From an uncultured Acidobacteriota bacterium (GTDB lineage Bacteria > Acidobacteriota > Blastocatellia > RBC074), in contig CAWCKY010000007.1 of assembly GCA_963796275.1 (NCBI GenBank), positions 192,001-256,000 on the forward strand: a stretch of DNA of 64,000 nucleotides. Direction: 5' to 3'. Of the stretch, positions 1 to 10,337 are shown piece after piece. The notes under the pieces were generated by a model. The model was not told where the DNA came from. It worked only from the letters and a program-made list of their open reading frames with translations, and searched no databases. The translations under genes and the position numbers were made by a program. Each line of letters begins with the position of its first letter. Within the stretch, counting starts at the first letter, position 1.

Positions 1-1071
1 ATCCGGGATCAGCCGCAGATGTGAGGCGATGGGGCGAATCGGCAGAATCTTTCCGTCGTAGATCTGCGCGGGCAGTTCGTAAAAAATCCCGTGCGCGTCC
101 ATCAGGTACCGTTCAGTCTGCGCCTCGCGGATGCGCATCCATTCGGTGTTCCACGCGTGATCGAATGTCTGCGCGCCTTTGGGCAGACGGTAGGTGAGCC
201 ATTTGTCTCCGGCGAAGACTTTCAAGATGGCCGAAGCCTGATCCCAGCCCGTGGCCAGGATGGGATTGCCGTAATCCCGCGCGTACCAGTGTTTGCCCGA
301 GACCTCTACGAAGGGTTTGCGCTCCAGGACCGTCCACTTCTTGCCGTCCCATTCGGCCAGCCTTCCGGCGGCGCGCATCCCCAGGTAATCGGCTTCGTAG
401 TATGAGTTGTTGGCGACGACGACGCGGCCCAGCGCAGAATAGCCGCCCTTGAAATGCACTTGCGCCGATTTGGGTATGTCGAGCTCCTTGACCAGGTCGA
501 AGAGCAATTTCGCCTCCAACGTCTTCACGTCCACTTCATAGAACAGCCCTTCCATCGTCAGGAAGTAGACCTTGCCTTGCGGATCTGTCAGGTGACCCAT
601 GGTCGCCGTAGTGCGTTGGTTCTTGAGCGCCTCGATCGTCCGCACGGTGCCTCTGGTATCGATCGCGTGCGGGCCGATGAACGCCTGATCCGATGGGTTG
701 TGGATGTAGCGGTTGGTGAAGGTGCCGACGACGCTTGCCGGGTGCTTTTGCATCTTCATCTGCTCGTCGAGAAAGAAGAGCCCCAGCCGCTCGTCTTCGC
801 CTCTGATGTGCGCGACATAGGAGATGAGCCACAGGCGATTGGCCCACGGCAACAGAGCGCCGATCCCGGCTTCGCTGCGATCCTTGTGACCGGCCACGAC
901 GCTGATCGATGGGAAAACGCCGTTGATCTGAATCGGCGGTTCGTCGGCTTTCCCTGCAGGCTTTGGCGCTTCGGACTTCAGCGGTTCGTACTTCGGTTCT
1001 TGCGCGATCGCCGGCAGGCTCAACAAGAGCGCTGCCGCAATGGTCAACATTATTTTCATCATTTTCACCAT
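1..1071 (-). CDS. Secreted conserved hypothetical protein, 3' end runs off the window; absent from the ORF track
   Basis: Manual minus-strand translation is open from ATG 1071 (or 1062/1059) to base 1: MVKMMKIMLTIAAALLLSLPAIAQEPKYEP...SEAGIGALLPWANRLWLISYVAH...HFKGGYS...TFDHAWNTEWMRIRE...HLRLIPD; clear Sec signal peptide (AIA/Q). Confidence 0.8.
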   Translation of the reverse strand, partial: MVKMMKIMLTIAAALLLSLPAIAQEPKYEPLKSEAPKPAGKADEPPIQINGVFPSISVVAGHKDRSEAGIGALLPWANRLWLISYVAHIRGEDERLGLFFLDEQMKMQKHPASVVGTFTNRYIHNPSDQAFIGPHAIDTRGTVRTIEALKNQRTTATMGHLTDPQGKVYFLTMEGLFYEVDVKTLEAKLLFDLVKELDIPKSAQVHFKGGYSALGRVVVANNSYYEADYLGMRAAGRLAEWDGKKWTVLERKPFVEVSGKHWYARDYGNPILATGWDQASAILKVFAGDKWLTYRLPKGAQTFDHAWNTEWMRIREAQTERYLMDAHGIFYELPAQIYDGKILPIRPIASHLRLIPD

Positions 1072-1094
1072 CAAAATTTGATAGAAAAATCGTG

Positions 1095-1400
1095 AACACG
1101 CTGGCAGGCATCAATTCGACTTCGATCTTCTCCGTCTCGGCTTCCCGCCTGAGCTTGGCCCGCTCGGTGCTGTCCCACGCCAATGGCCTGGGAGGACGAT
1201 CAACAGGCTCGTCATCCGTTACTGGACGCACGAGCAACCAATAGTTACCCGGCGCAAGGTTGGTCAATACGAAAGTACCATCATTATTCATCAACTCTAT
1301 TCATCAACACTTCAGCGTAACGCAAAATGTCATTTGCAAAGGCTGCATCGACAGGCACCAGATGCGCGCGTAATCGCGAACGCAAACCTGCGCCTATGAA
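1095..1400 (-). pseudogene. C-terminal fragment of a carboxypeptidase-regulatory-like domain protein, frameshifted
   Basis: Reads LRAHLVPVDAAFANDILRYAEVLMN / NDGTFVLTNLAPGNYWLLVRP...RAKLRREAE; the frames are offset by a 13-bp-period duplication (tattcatcaac x2, 1285-1308); no intact start. Confidence 0.5.
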
Positions 1401-1425
1401 ATGACGTTATCGATCAAGGAGTAAA

Positions 1426-1509
1426 TACTCTGTAAATTTAAGATTTTTGAAATTGCTGTGGCCCGCGAAGCGGTCTATAACAATATCAAATAACTTAGTT
1501 TACAGAATA
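1426..1509. mobile_element. MITE-like element with imperfect TIRs carrying a short REP-like hairpin
   Basis: TACTCTGTAAATTTAAG ... CTTAGTTTACAGAATA ends; internal GCCCGCGAAGCGGTCT; related ends at 30465-30576. Confidence 0.45.
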
Positions 1510-1785
1510 GTAAAACTGTTGCGATAGAGGCATTCTATGAGCAGTCGCAATATCCTGGCAACAGAACCGCAAACTGTCGAGCTGAGGTTTCTATATACAA
1601 CCTTTCGGTCGGAGTATGGTTGGCGCCCGCCTGATCGGTTGCATACGCTCACCGTACTGCACCGCCATGTGTCAGTATTTTGTCTGATTTGATTGATATT
1701 CTCTTAAATTCAGGAGTGTTTATTGCCAGCAAGCTGTATAATTCGCCAAAATTTTTGTTGTTAAAAAATCTTCGTGCTCAAATTT

Positions 1786-3702
1786 ATGAATAGATCAAAA
1801 CGCCACGGCTGCTCATTCCGTAAATCTGAAGTCGCCCGGCTGATCGGCGCATTGCTCGGAATGGCGCTGCTCTGCATCGTGGTGCTCGGACAATCGCGCG
1901 ATTCCAGGCCCATCTCCCTGCACCCCGAAAATCCGCATTATTTCTTGTGGCGAGGGAAGCCGACAATCCTGATCACATCCGGCGAGCATTACGGTGCGGT
2001 CCTCAACCGCGACTTCAATTATGTAGCTTACCTAGATGCGCTAGCTAAAGACGGCCTCAACAATACTCGGACCTTCACCGGCATATACGCGGAAACGATC
2101 GGCAACTTCAATATTACGGATAATACGCTTGCTCCCGCGCCGAACCGCTTAATCTGTCCATGGGCGCGTAGCGGTGAACCGGGCTATGCTGGCGGCGGTA
2201 ATAAATTCGATCTGACCAAATGGGATGAGCGCTACATCGATCGCCTGCGCGACTTCGTAGCCAAAGCCGGTGAACGCGGCATCGTTGTGGAGGTGAATCT
2301 TTTTTGCCCGTTCTACCAGGATTCGATGTGGAGCATCAGTCCCATGAATGCGCGCAACAACATCAACAAGGTCGGCAATGTTGAGCGCGCGCATGTCTAC
2401 ACGCTCGATAAGCATGGCGGGCTGTTGCCGGTTCAGGAAGCGGTGACGAGAAAAATTGTGGCAGAGCTGAAAGAGTTCGATAATGTCTACTACGAAATTT
2501 GCAACGAACCGTATGCCGGTGGAGTGACGTTGGAATGGCAGCGCCGCATTGCCGATGTGATTACGGACGCGCAGAAGGATTTTCCGCACAAATTCCTTAT
2601 CTCGCAGAACATCGCCAACGGGTCGCAAAAGATCGCAGACCCTCACCCGGCGGTTTCGATATTCAACTTCCACTACGCGGTTCCCCCCGAAGCAGTGGCG
2701 CTCAATTACGGCCTCAACAAAGTCATCGGCGACAATGAGACGGGCTTCCGCGGCACGGGCGACGATCCGTACCGGATGGAAGCGTGGGACTTCATAATTG
2801 CGGGTGGTGCTCTCTCCAACAACCTCGATTACTCATTTACGGTCGAACATCCGGGTGGGACGTGGACTGACCTGCCATCGTCGATGCCCGGAGGCGGCGG
2901 ACCGGCGCTGCGCCGGCAGCTCAGATTACTGAAGGAATTCATCTCCGGTTTCGATTTCATCCGGATGAAGCCCGATGATCGTGTGGTTCTGGGCGGCGTG
3001 CCGGCGGCAATGACGGCGCGTGCCCTGGTCGAGCGCGGTAAAGCATACGCGATCTACCTCCGCACAATCCCGCTGCCGAATCGATTCTCCGCCAGATGGA
3101 CAGGCTATGTTACGCCGCGCCATTCGGGAGAGCACACGTTCCACACGCTATCGAAGGATCGCGTTCGGCTGTGGGTGGACGAACAGCTGATTATCGATAA
3201 TTGGACGGATCACAGTCAGAACGAGGATTGGGGAGCGATCAGACTGGAGGCGGGGCGCAAATACCCGATCCGAGTGGAATATTTTCACAAAGGCGGTACG
3301 GGCGTGATGAAACTCGCCTGGTCGAGCGAGTCGTTGCCGAAAGAGCCGATCCCATCCGCCGTACTGACCGAGCCCGATGGAAGTGGGCCGGGGTTGAATG
3401 GCGAATATTTCGCGGAGCAACCGAGTGGGCCGAAAATGGAACGCCTCCTCTTCGAGCGAACTGATCCGGCGATCGATTTCGATTGGGATGTGAAGTCGCT
3501 CTCAGCCACGAAATCGATCCAGACCGGGCCGGCGTTGGAGATCGCATTACCCGCCGGGTGTTACCGGGCCGAGTGGGTAGATACAAAATCCGGCGAGGTT
3601 ATCAAGCGTGACAACTTCAAACATGGCGACGGCGCGTGGCGGGCAAAATTTCCTGACTTTATGAACGATATCGCGCTCCGTATGCGCGTCTGTGTCGAGT
3701 AA
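1786..3702 (+). CDS. Secreted clan GH-A-like (GH5-related) glycoside hydrolase with inserted PA14 domain
   Basis: Signal-like hydrophobic N-terminus; YYEICNEP (acid/base) and IGDNETG (nucleophile-like) motifs; PA14 motifs FSARWTG, VRLWVD, GLNGEYF, IDFDW. Confidence 0.75.
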   Translation: MNRSKRHGCSFRKSEVARLIGALLGMALLCIVVLGQSRDSRPISLHPENPHYFLWRGKPTILITSGEHYGAVLNRDFNYVAYLDALAKDGLNNTRTFTGIYAETIGNFNITDNTLAPAPNRLICPWARSGEPGYAGGGNKFDLTKWDERYIDRLRDFVAKAGERGIVVEVNLFCPFYQDSMWSISPMNARNNINKVGNVERAHVYTLDKHGGLLPVQEAVTRKIVAELKEFDNVYYEICNEPYAGGVTLEWQRRIADVITDAQKDFPHKFLISQNIANGSQKIADPHPAVSIFNFHYAVPPEAVALNYGLNKVIGDNETGFRGTGDDPYRMEAWDFIIAGGALSNNLDYSFTVEHPGGTWTDLPSSMPGGGGPALRRQLRLLKEFISGFDFIRMKPDDRVVLGGVPAAMTARALVERGKAYAIYLRTIPLPNRFSARWTGYVTPRHSGEHTFHTLSKDRVRLWVDEQLIIDNWTDHSQNEDWGAIRLEAGRKYPIRVEYFHKGGTGVMKLAWSSESLPKEPIPSAVLTEPDGSGPGLNGEYFAEQPSGPKMERLLFERTDPAIDFDWDVKSLSATKSIQTGPALEIALPAGCYRAEWVDTKSGEVIKRDNFKHGDGAWRAKFPDFMNDIALRMRVCVE

Positions 3703-3886
3703 TCAATCTAAAGGATACCCAGTGAGAATCGCGATTTAGGAGGCGTCGGAGGATCTGCGCTTATCGGCGGCCCCGGGCATCGGCTTCCTTCCCGCGTCTT
3801 TTATTGGCGGAACATAGATATCGGCGTCGTGTTGGTGGCGGCTGTCGTGCTGGGCACCGCTTTCAACCGCCGTTCGCGAAGCTGAA

Positions 3887-4021
3887 GGGAAAAATAATGA
3901 GGACAATGGAACTCGGGTCGCTGGCGTCGGCATTGCGTACGGAATTCACTACGACATTGACGCCGACGGCGACTTCGACATTCTCAACCTGACCCTGGAT
4001 AACGAATGCGACGAGTGTTGA
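3887..4021 (+). pseudogene. Possible relic of an FG-GAP/CRTAC1 repeat
   Basis: Frame reads GKNNEDNGTRVAGVGIAYGIHYDIDADGDFDILNL, resembling the 'GMGV..AD.DGDG..DL' repeat of the CRTAC1 gene at 7744. Confidence 0.3.
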
Positions 4022-4071
4022 CGCGGGGGCTCAGTCGCCGCACGATACCGCGCATTCGCAAGGAGATATAA

Positions 4072-7000
4072 ATGTTTAAAAAAATCACCTGGCTGATACC
4101 TTCACTTTTGTGCCTGACTCTCTTGCATGTTTCGTATGCGCAGAGCGACCGTGGCACAATCACCGGCACGATCAACGATCCGGACGGCGCGTTGATACCG
4201 AACGCAACGGTCATCGCCACGAGCGCCGGGTCGCAGACCGAGTATAAGACTCAAAGCACCGAGACCGGCAACTACACGTTGGCTTCGCTTCCCGCCGGGA
4301 CTTATAGCCTGCGAGTAGAGGCGGCTGGATTTCGGATCCACATCCGCAACGGCATCACTGTACAGGTGGCGCAGACGGCTCGTATCGATGTGATGATGCA
4401 GGTCGGCGGCACCAGCGACACGGTTACCGTCACCGCTGATGCCTCTCTCCTGCGCACAGAATCGGTCGAGCAGAGTACGGTCTTGAACGGCGACAAGGTC
4501 AACCAGTTGCCGCTCAACTTCGCCAATAATGGCGTGCGCAACCCCCTTTCGTTCTTACAGCTCGCGCCCGGCACGACTATTACGGGCTGGAATACCGTCC
4601 GCGTAAACGGCAGTCCCAACGGGACGTTCCGCGTGATCTTCGAGGGGCAGGACACGACCAGCGCGCTCGATCCACGATTGTTCAATGAATTGCAGCCGAC
4701 TCTGGACGCCATCGAAGAGTTCACCGTGCAAGCGAATAACTTTTCCGCCGAATTCGGCCAGGTGGGCGGCGGTCTGCTCAACTTCACCGCACGGTCCGGG
4801 ACGAACCGATTCACTGGTTCGATCTATGATTATCTGAATAACGAAGCGCTCAACGCCGCGCCGACCTTCGCGCCATTTGACGCCCAGGGCAAAAAAGCTA
4901 AGACGAAAATTCGCCAGCACGATTTCGGCGGGACTTTCGGCGGGCCGGTCTGGCTTCCTCACCTTTACGACGGGCGCGACAAAACATTCTTCTTCTTCTC
5001 GTCAGAGGTCTACCATCAGAAGGACAATCGCTTCAACGGCTTCGGCACGATACCGACGGCGGACTTCCGCAACGGGGATTTCAGCCAACTGCTGACGGGG
5101 AAACTACTCGAAAACCCAACGGGCGTCCCTGCTCAGGGCGTCCCTGCTCTGGACCTTCTGGGCCGCAACATTCCGGAAGGAACGATTTACGATCCGGCAA
5201 CTACACGGGAGGTCACGGCCGGGCAGATCGATCCGGTCACCGGGATCACCGCTCAAGTCACTGGGATTGTACGCGACCCGTTCCCCGGCAACAGGATTCC
5301 AGTGGGCCGTTTCGACCCGATCGCAGCTAAGATTCAAGGCCTCTTCCCTGGGGTCGATCCAAAATACGCCAACCTGCTCACTAACAACTTCGAGCGGCGC
5401 TTCGACTATCGCCGCATTGAACAGATTTACAGTTGGAAGGTGGATCACAATCTCACGAGCAATGCCAAGCTGTCGGTCTATGTTGGTATGCAACGCACAC
5501 GCAAAGATAACGGGCAGGACGGCTTGCCCGACCCGATCTCCAAGCGCCGCGATCAGCCGATCACCAGCAAGACGATCCGCATCAACTATGACCATACGCT
5601 GCGTCCCACGCTGCTGAATCACTTCGGAGTCGGCTATCAGCGTTATTACAATCCCGATACAACGCCGATCACAGAATATGATTCCATCAGTGAATTGGGA
5701 CTGCCGGGCGCCGTAGTCAATGGCTTCCCGCGTTTCCTCGCGCTCGGCTCAATGGACGATTTGGGCCCGACCAACTATCAACTTTACACACAGGACAAGC
5801 CTACCTTTTACGAGAATCTGACCTGGATTCACGGCAACCACTCGACCAAGTTCGGCGGTGAATTCCGCATCGACACGTTCAACAATCTGGCCAATAACGG
5901 GGCTACCGGCAACTACACGTTCTCAGGCGCACAAACTGCATTACCGCATCTGCAAGATACGACGATTGGGGGCCGCAGTATCGGATCGAACTACGCCAGC
6001 TATTTGCTCGGTCTTGTCAGCAGCGCCAGTATCAACAATCCAACCTCGGTGGGATTTCGCCGTTCGACCTGGGCTGCGTTCATCCAGGACGATTGGAAGT
6101 TTCGGCCGCGCCTGACCCTCAATCTGGGATTGAGGTACGACTATCAGAACCCTCTGAACGAGCTGCATGACCGCTTATCGATGTTCGATCCGTCGCTCGC
6201 CAATCCGGCGGCGGGCGGTTTGAATGGTGCGACGCGCTTTATCGGCGACGGGGAAGGGCGCTGCAATTGCGGTTTCACTAAGACCTATCCGTGGGCCTTC
6301 GCGCCGCGGCTCGGCGCCGCATGGTCAATCAATGACAAGACTGTACTGAGGGTGGGTTGGGGCATCACCTATGGACAGTTGAGTGGTTTCAGCTACATCG
6401 GTGCGGGGCAATCGCTCGGCTACGGCTTCAACTCGATCAACTTCGGCACGCCAGCGTTTGGCGAGCGGGCGTTTTTCCTGAACCAGGGGTTGAATTACAA
6501 CGCTGAGAATTTATACAGGCTGATCCTCAATCCCGGAATCAGGCCTTCCCCCGGGCAAATCGATAATCCGCCCGCGATGCTCGACCCTAATGCCGGCAGG
6601 CCGCCTCGTTTGAATAACTGGGTAATCAATCTGCAGCGCGAGTTCGGCAGGAACCTGGTGGTTGAGGTCGCTTACGTCGGGAATCGCGGCGTGTGGTTCG
6701 AAGCCAATGGCCTGGTCAACCTCAATGCCATTCGGCCGGAGGACTTGCTCAAACGCGGTCTGGACGTGACGAGAGCCGAGGATCGTGCCGTGCTGAATTC
6801 ACAATTGGGCTCCGATTTAGCCAGATCGCGCGGCTTCAATGCGCCGTACGCGGGCTTCCCGCTCACGGCGACGGTAGCGCAGAGCTTGCGTCCATTCCCG
6901 CAATTCGGCAATTTGGGAGTCGATCTGGCGCCGCTGGGCAACACCTGGTATGACTCACTGCAGGTCAAAGCGACCAAGCGCCTGGCGAGCGGTCTGGATT

Positions 7001-7719
7001 TCACCTTCGCCTACACATTCTCAAAGACCATGACAACGGTCGTGGAACAAGGCGGCGGAACGATTCGGGTCAACGACGTGTTCAATCGCGCAGCGATCAA
7101 AGCCATATCGCCCAACGACCAGCCGCACGTGCTCGTCGCTAATTTCCGTTATGAAGTTCCGGTACTCGGATTGGCACAGCGCAGCGGCCTGGCACGCGCC
7201 ATGTTGGCGGGGTGGAACGTGAGCGGCATCTTCCGTTACGCCAGCGGGGAACCGATCCCCGTGCCGAATGCGCAGAACAACCTGTCACAGCTCCTGTTCC
7301 GTGGATCGTTTGCCAACCGGGTGCAGGGACAGCCGCTGTTTACCAAAGATTTAAACTGCGGTTGCATTGACCCGAGCCAAGACCTGGTTTTGAATCCTGC
7401 CGCCTGGAGCGATCCGGCTCCCGGAACCTTCGGCGTTTCGGCGCCTTACTATACGGATTATCGCTTCGCGCGCGTTTACGATGAGAGTATGAGCTTTGGC
7501 AAGGTGACCAGGTTTCGCGAACGTATGAGCTTAGAATTCCGCGTGGAGTTCTTCAACATCTTCAATCGCGTGCGGTTGAACGGCCCTTCCAATGACAACG
7601 CCCTGGCGACGACTCGTTTCGTCAACGGGATACTCAATTCCGGGTTCGGACGGATTGACAACGGCAACACGGCCAGCGCACCACGGAGCGGGCAGATCGC
7701 GTTGCGGCTGCGGTTCTGA
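4072..7719 (+). CDS. TonB-dependent receptor, Oar/carboxypeptidase-regulatory-like domain type
   Basis: Signal peptide, QSDRGTITGT...GALIPNA, SAEFG, QDDWK..LTLNLGLRYD, C-terminal RSGQIALRLRF; RBS aaggag. Confidence 0.93.
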   Translation: MFKKITWLIPSLLCLTLLHVSYAQSDRGTITGTINDPDGALIPNATVIATSAGSQTEYKTQSTETGNYTLASLPAGTYSLRVEAAGFRIHIRNGITVQVAQTARIDVMMQVGGTSDTVTVTADASLLRTESVEQSTVLNGDKVNQLPLNFANNGVRNPLSFLQLAPGTTITGWNTVRVNGSPNGTFRVIFEGQDTTSALDPRLFNELQPTLDAIEEFTVQANNFSAEFGQVGGGLLNFTARSGTNRFTGSIYDYLNNEALNAAPTFAPFDAQGKKAKTKIRQHDFGGTFGGPVWLPHLYDGRDKTFFFFSSEVYHQKDNRFNGFGTIPTADFRNGDFSQLLTGKLLENPTGVPAQGVPALDLLGRNIPEGTIYDPATTREVTAGQIDPVTGITAQVTGIVRDPFPGNRIPVGRFDPIAAKIQGLFPGVDPKYANLLTNNFERRFDYRRIEQIYSWKVDHNLTSNAKLSVYVGMQRTRKDNGQDGLPDPISKRRDQPITSKTIRINYDHTLRPTLLNHFGVGYQRYYNPDTTPITEYDSISELGLPGAVVNGFPRFLALGSMDDLGPTNYQLYTQDKPTFYENLTWIHGNHSTKFGGEFRIDTFNNLANNGATGNYTFSGAQTALPHLQDTTIGGRSIGSNYASYLLGLVSSASINNPTSVGFRRSTWAAFIQDDWKFRPRLTLNLGLRYDYQNPLNELHDRLSMFDPSLANPAAGGLNGATRFIGDGEGRCNCGFTKTYPWAFAPRLGAAWSINDKTVLRVGWGITYGQLSGFSYIGAGQSLGYGFNSINFGTPAFGERAFFLNQGLNYNAENLYRLILNPGIRPSPGQIDNPPAMLDPNAGRPPRLNNWVINLQREFGRNLVVEVAYVGNRGVWFEANGLVNLNAIRPEDLLKRGLDVTRAEDRAVLNSQLGSDLARSRGFNAPYAGFPLTATVAQSLRPFPQFGNLGVDLAPLGNTWYDSLQVKATKRLASGLDFTFAYTFSKTMTTVVEQGGGTIRVNDVFNRAAIKAISPNDQPHVLVANFRYEVPVLGLAQRSGLARAMLAGWNVSGIFRYASGEPIPVPNAQNNLSQLLFRGSFANRVQGQPLFTKDLNCGCIDPSQDLVLNPAAWSDPAPGTFGVSAPYYTDYRFARVYDESMSFGKVTRFRERMSLEFRVEFFNIFNRVRLNGPSNDNALATTRFVNGILNSGFGRIDNGNTASAPRSGQIALRLRF

Positions 7720-7743
7720 TAGGAACAACAGCATATGGCATAA

Positions 7744-9501
7744 ATGAATCGGCCCGAGAGACAAAAAGTGACGGGTAAAAAGACAAGGAGGCAAGGGGAA
7801 GGCGAGACAGGGAGAGTATGCTCAGCAGGCATTTTCTCTCCCTGGCTCCTCGTCTGCTTGTCCTTTTATCTCTTCGTTACCATCTCTCCTTACTCGCTCG
7901 CCTCCAAAAATACGCTCGTCTGGTATGAGACGATTGTCCCATCGTCCAGCGGTATTACTTTTATACACGACAACGCGTTATCGCCGCGCCGCTATCAACC
8001 CGAGTCGATGGGCCCGGGTGTGGCGGTCATCGATTATGACAATGATGGGTGGATGGATTTGTACTTCGTTAACAGCGGAGCATGCGATTTCTTCCAACCG
8101 AAAACGCCTCTGAGAAATGCGCTTTATCGCAACAACCGCAATGGCAAATTTACCGATGTGACGGAAAAGGCGGGTGTGGCCGGGCGCGATTTCGGTCTCG
8201 GCGTGTCAGCAGCCGATTATAACAACGATGGATGGACGGACCTGTTTGTGACCAACTATGGTGGGAATATTCTGTACCGCAACAACAGAGATGGCACCTT
8301 CACCGACATAACAAGAGAGGCGGGACTCGCGGAGAGAGGCCTGTGGACCGCATCGGTCTGGTTCGACTACGACCGCGACGGCCTGCTCGACCTGTTCGTC
8401 GGGCACTTCGTCCGGTACGACAAATCGCGCGAACGCAAATGTGAATACCCCGATGGTACGCATTATTGCCATCCTCTGGGATACGAACCGTGGCCGAGCA
8501 AATTGTATCGAAATATCGGGAACGGTCGGTTTGCGGACGTGAGCGAGCAGGCCGGCGTCGGCAACTTCAAAGGCAAGACATTCGGAGCCGTCAGCACAGA
8601 TATAAACAATGACGGCTGGCTCGATCTTTTCGTCGCAAATGATTCGGAGCCGAACTTTCTCTTTCTCAATCGTAGCGATGGGACGTTCAAAGAGATCGGA
8701 TTCGAAGCCGGGGTTGCTTACAGCAGCGATGGAACGGCGCGTTCCGGTATGGGAGTAGACGCGGCCGATTTCGACGGCGATGGCTGGGAGGACCTGTTCG
8801 TCGCCAACTTCAATCGCGAGCGATTCTCGATTTATCGGAATAGTCGCGACAACTCTTTTAGCGACGACTCGGGCACGACCGGCATAGGAGAAGCTACGCA
8901 GATGTACAGCGGCTGGGGCGTTAAGTTCTTCGACTTCGACGCGGACGGCGACCAGGATTTGATCGTGTGCAACGGACACCCCGACGACCTGATCGAATCG
9001 ATCGATTCTTCGCTCAAGCATAAAGAGCCGATCCTGCTCTTCGAAAATCGGAAAGGTAAATTCTTAAATCTCGGCGCGCGCGCTGGCGAAGCTTTCACAC
9101 GCGGTTTTCCGGCCCGAGGTCTGGCGGTCGGCGACCTGAACAACGACGGCTTTCCTGATGTCGTAATTGCCAATAACGGAGCAGCCCCTCTTCTGCTCAA
9201 GCACAAGGGAGTCGGCGGCAATCACGCCGCGAATCACTGGGTCGGTCTCGATCTGAAAGGGGAATGCGCCGGCGTCCGCATCACATGGTCGGCAGGGGGT
9301 ATGAAACGAAGCCGCTTGAAAACAGCCGGCGGTAGTTATCTCTCATCGCACGATCCGCGCGAATTGTTGGGGTTGGGTACGGCGGCAAAACTGGATTGGC
9401 TCGAGGTGCAGTGGCCCGGCCCGAACAAACGCATCTATCGATTTGAGAATCTCGTGGGGGACCGATACTACTCGCTTAACCAGGCAGGAAAAATTGAATG
9501 A
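7744..9501 (+). CDS. CRTAC1-family FG-GAP repeat protein with ASPIC/UnbV C-terminal domain
   Basis: Repeated DYDNDGWxDL / DFDGDGWEDL / DLNNDGFPD motifs; C-terminal GGSYLSSHDPRELLGLG...EVQWP. Confidence 0.9.
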   Translation: MNRPERQKVTGKKTRRQGEGETGRVCSAGIFSPWLLVCLSFYLFVTISPYSLASKNTLVWYETIVPSSSGITFIHDNALSPRRYQPESMGPGVAVIDYDNDGWMDLYFVNSGACDFFQPKTPLRNALYRNNRNGKFTDVTEKAGVAGRDFGLGVSAADYNNDGWTDLFVTNYGGNILYRNNRDGTFTDITREAGLAERGLWTASVWFDYDRDGLLDLFVGHFVRYDKSRERKCEYPDGTHYCHPLGYEPWPSKLYRNIGNGRFADVSEQAGVGNFKGKTFGAVSTDINNDGWLDLFVANDSEPNFLFLNRSDGTFKEIGFEAGVAYSSDGTARSGMGVDAADFDGDGWEDLFVANFNRERFSIYRNSRDNSFSDDSGTTGIGEATQMYSGWGVKFFDFDADGDQDLIVCNGHPDDLIESIDSSLKHKEPILLFENRKGKFLNLGARAGEAFTRGFPARGLAVGDLNNDGFPDVVIANNGAAPLLLKHKGVGGNHAANHWVGLDLKGECAGVRITWSAGGMKRSRLKTAGGSYLSSHDPRELLGLGTAAKLDWLEVQWPGPNKRIYRFENLVGDRYYSLNQAGKIE

Positions 9502-10331
9502 AGCATTTCCTGACAATCATAATTTTCCTACTCCTGTGTTCCGGTGACGGTGAAACCTGCGCACAGGTGAACCCATTGCCGGCAGATTCCCAGGGGCAAG
9601 CCGCACTCGATAAAGCCAGGGCGCTCTTTCAACAGCGGCAATATGAACCGGCGCTCGCCGCCGTCGAGGAGGCGCTGCGGCTCGATGCGAAGCTCGTTCC
9701 CGCTCTTTTGCTCAAGTCGCGCCTGGCGATGGTGGCGAACCGCTTCGATGTCGCACGTGGCAGCCTGCTACAAGCTATCGCGATCGCGCCCGATTCTGCC
9801 GAACATTGGTTCCTGCTCGGCTTTGTGCACTATGTCGAAAATGACTTTGTGGCCGCGCAAGAATCGCTTGAACGGGCTGCTAGATTGAAATCCGATCACG
9901 CGGGCGCACAGTTTTATCTGGCGCTGACTTATGAAGGTTTGGGTCGCACCGATGACGCGATTAGTGCATACGAACGCGGGTTGAAGTTGCAGAAAGCGGA
10001 GCAACTCCCCGACATGCTGGTGGCCTATGGGCGGTTACTTTTCACGCTCGGACGCTATGACGACAGTGAGAAGTTGATAGATCGGGCGATCTTCGCCAAA
10101 CCGGATTTGTGCGACGCGCAGTATGAGAAGGGGCGATTGCGGTTCGAACGGCGTGATTACGCCTCCGCCATCAAACATGGAAAGCGGGCTCTGGAACTGC
10201 CCGGCGCCGGCACTACCGAGCGACAGATTCATTATCTGCTGGCGAGGGCATACGGACAGACCGGCCAAAAAGAACGCGCTGAAAGTCACTTGGCGAAGTT
10301 CCGGGCGGCACAACCAACTCTGCGACGTTGA
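9498..10331 (+). CDS. Secreted tetratricopeptide repeat protein
   Basis: Signal peptide; TPR-type repeats (AQFYLALTYEGLG, IHYLLARAYGQTG); ATGA overlap with upstream gene. Confidence 0.85.
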   Translation: MKHFLTIIIFLLLCSGDGETCAQVNPLPADSQGQAALDKARALFQQRQYEPALAAVEEALRLDAKLVPALLLKSRLAMVANRFDVARGSLLQAIAIAPDSAEHWFLLGFVHYVENDFVAAQESLERAARLKSDHAGAQFYLALTYEGLGRTDDAISAYERGLKLQKAEQLPDMLVAYGRLLFTLGRYDDSEKLIDRAIFAKPDLCDAQYEKGRLRFERRDYASAIKHGKRALELPGAGTTERQIHYLLARAYGQTGQKERAESHLAKFRAAQPTLRR

Positions 10332-10337
10332 AGTCTT

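Noticed and set aside
536-1294. 252-aa minus-strand ORF
   Set aside because: Only the first ~60 aa look protein-like (the pseudogene fragment); the rest is an off-frame shadow of the real gene at 1-1071.
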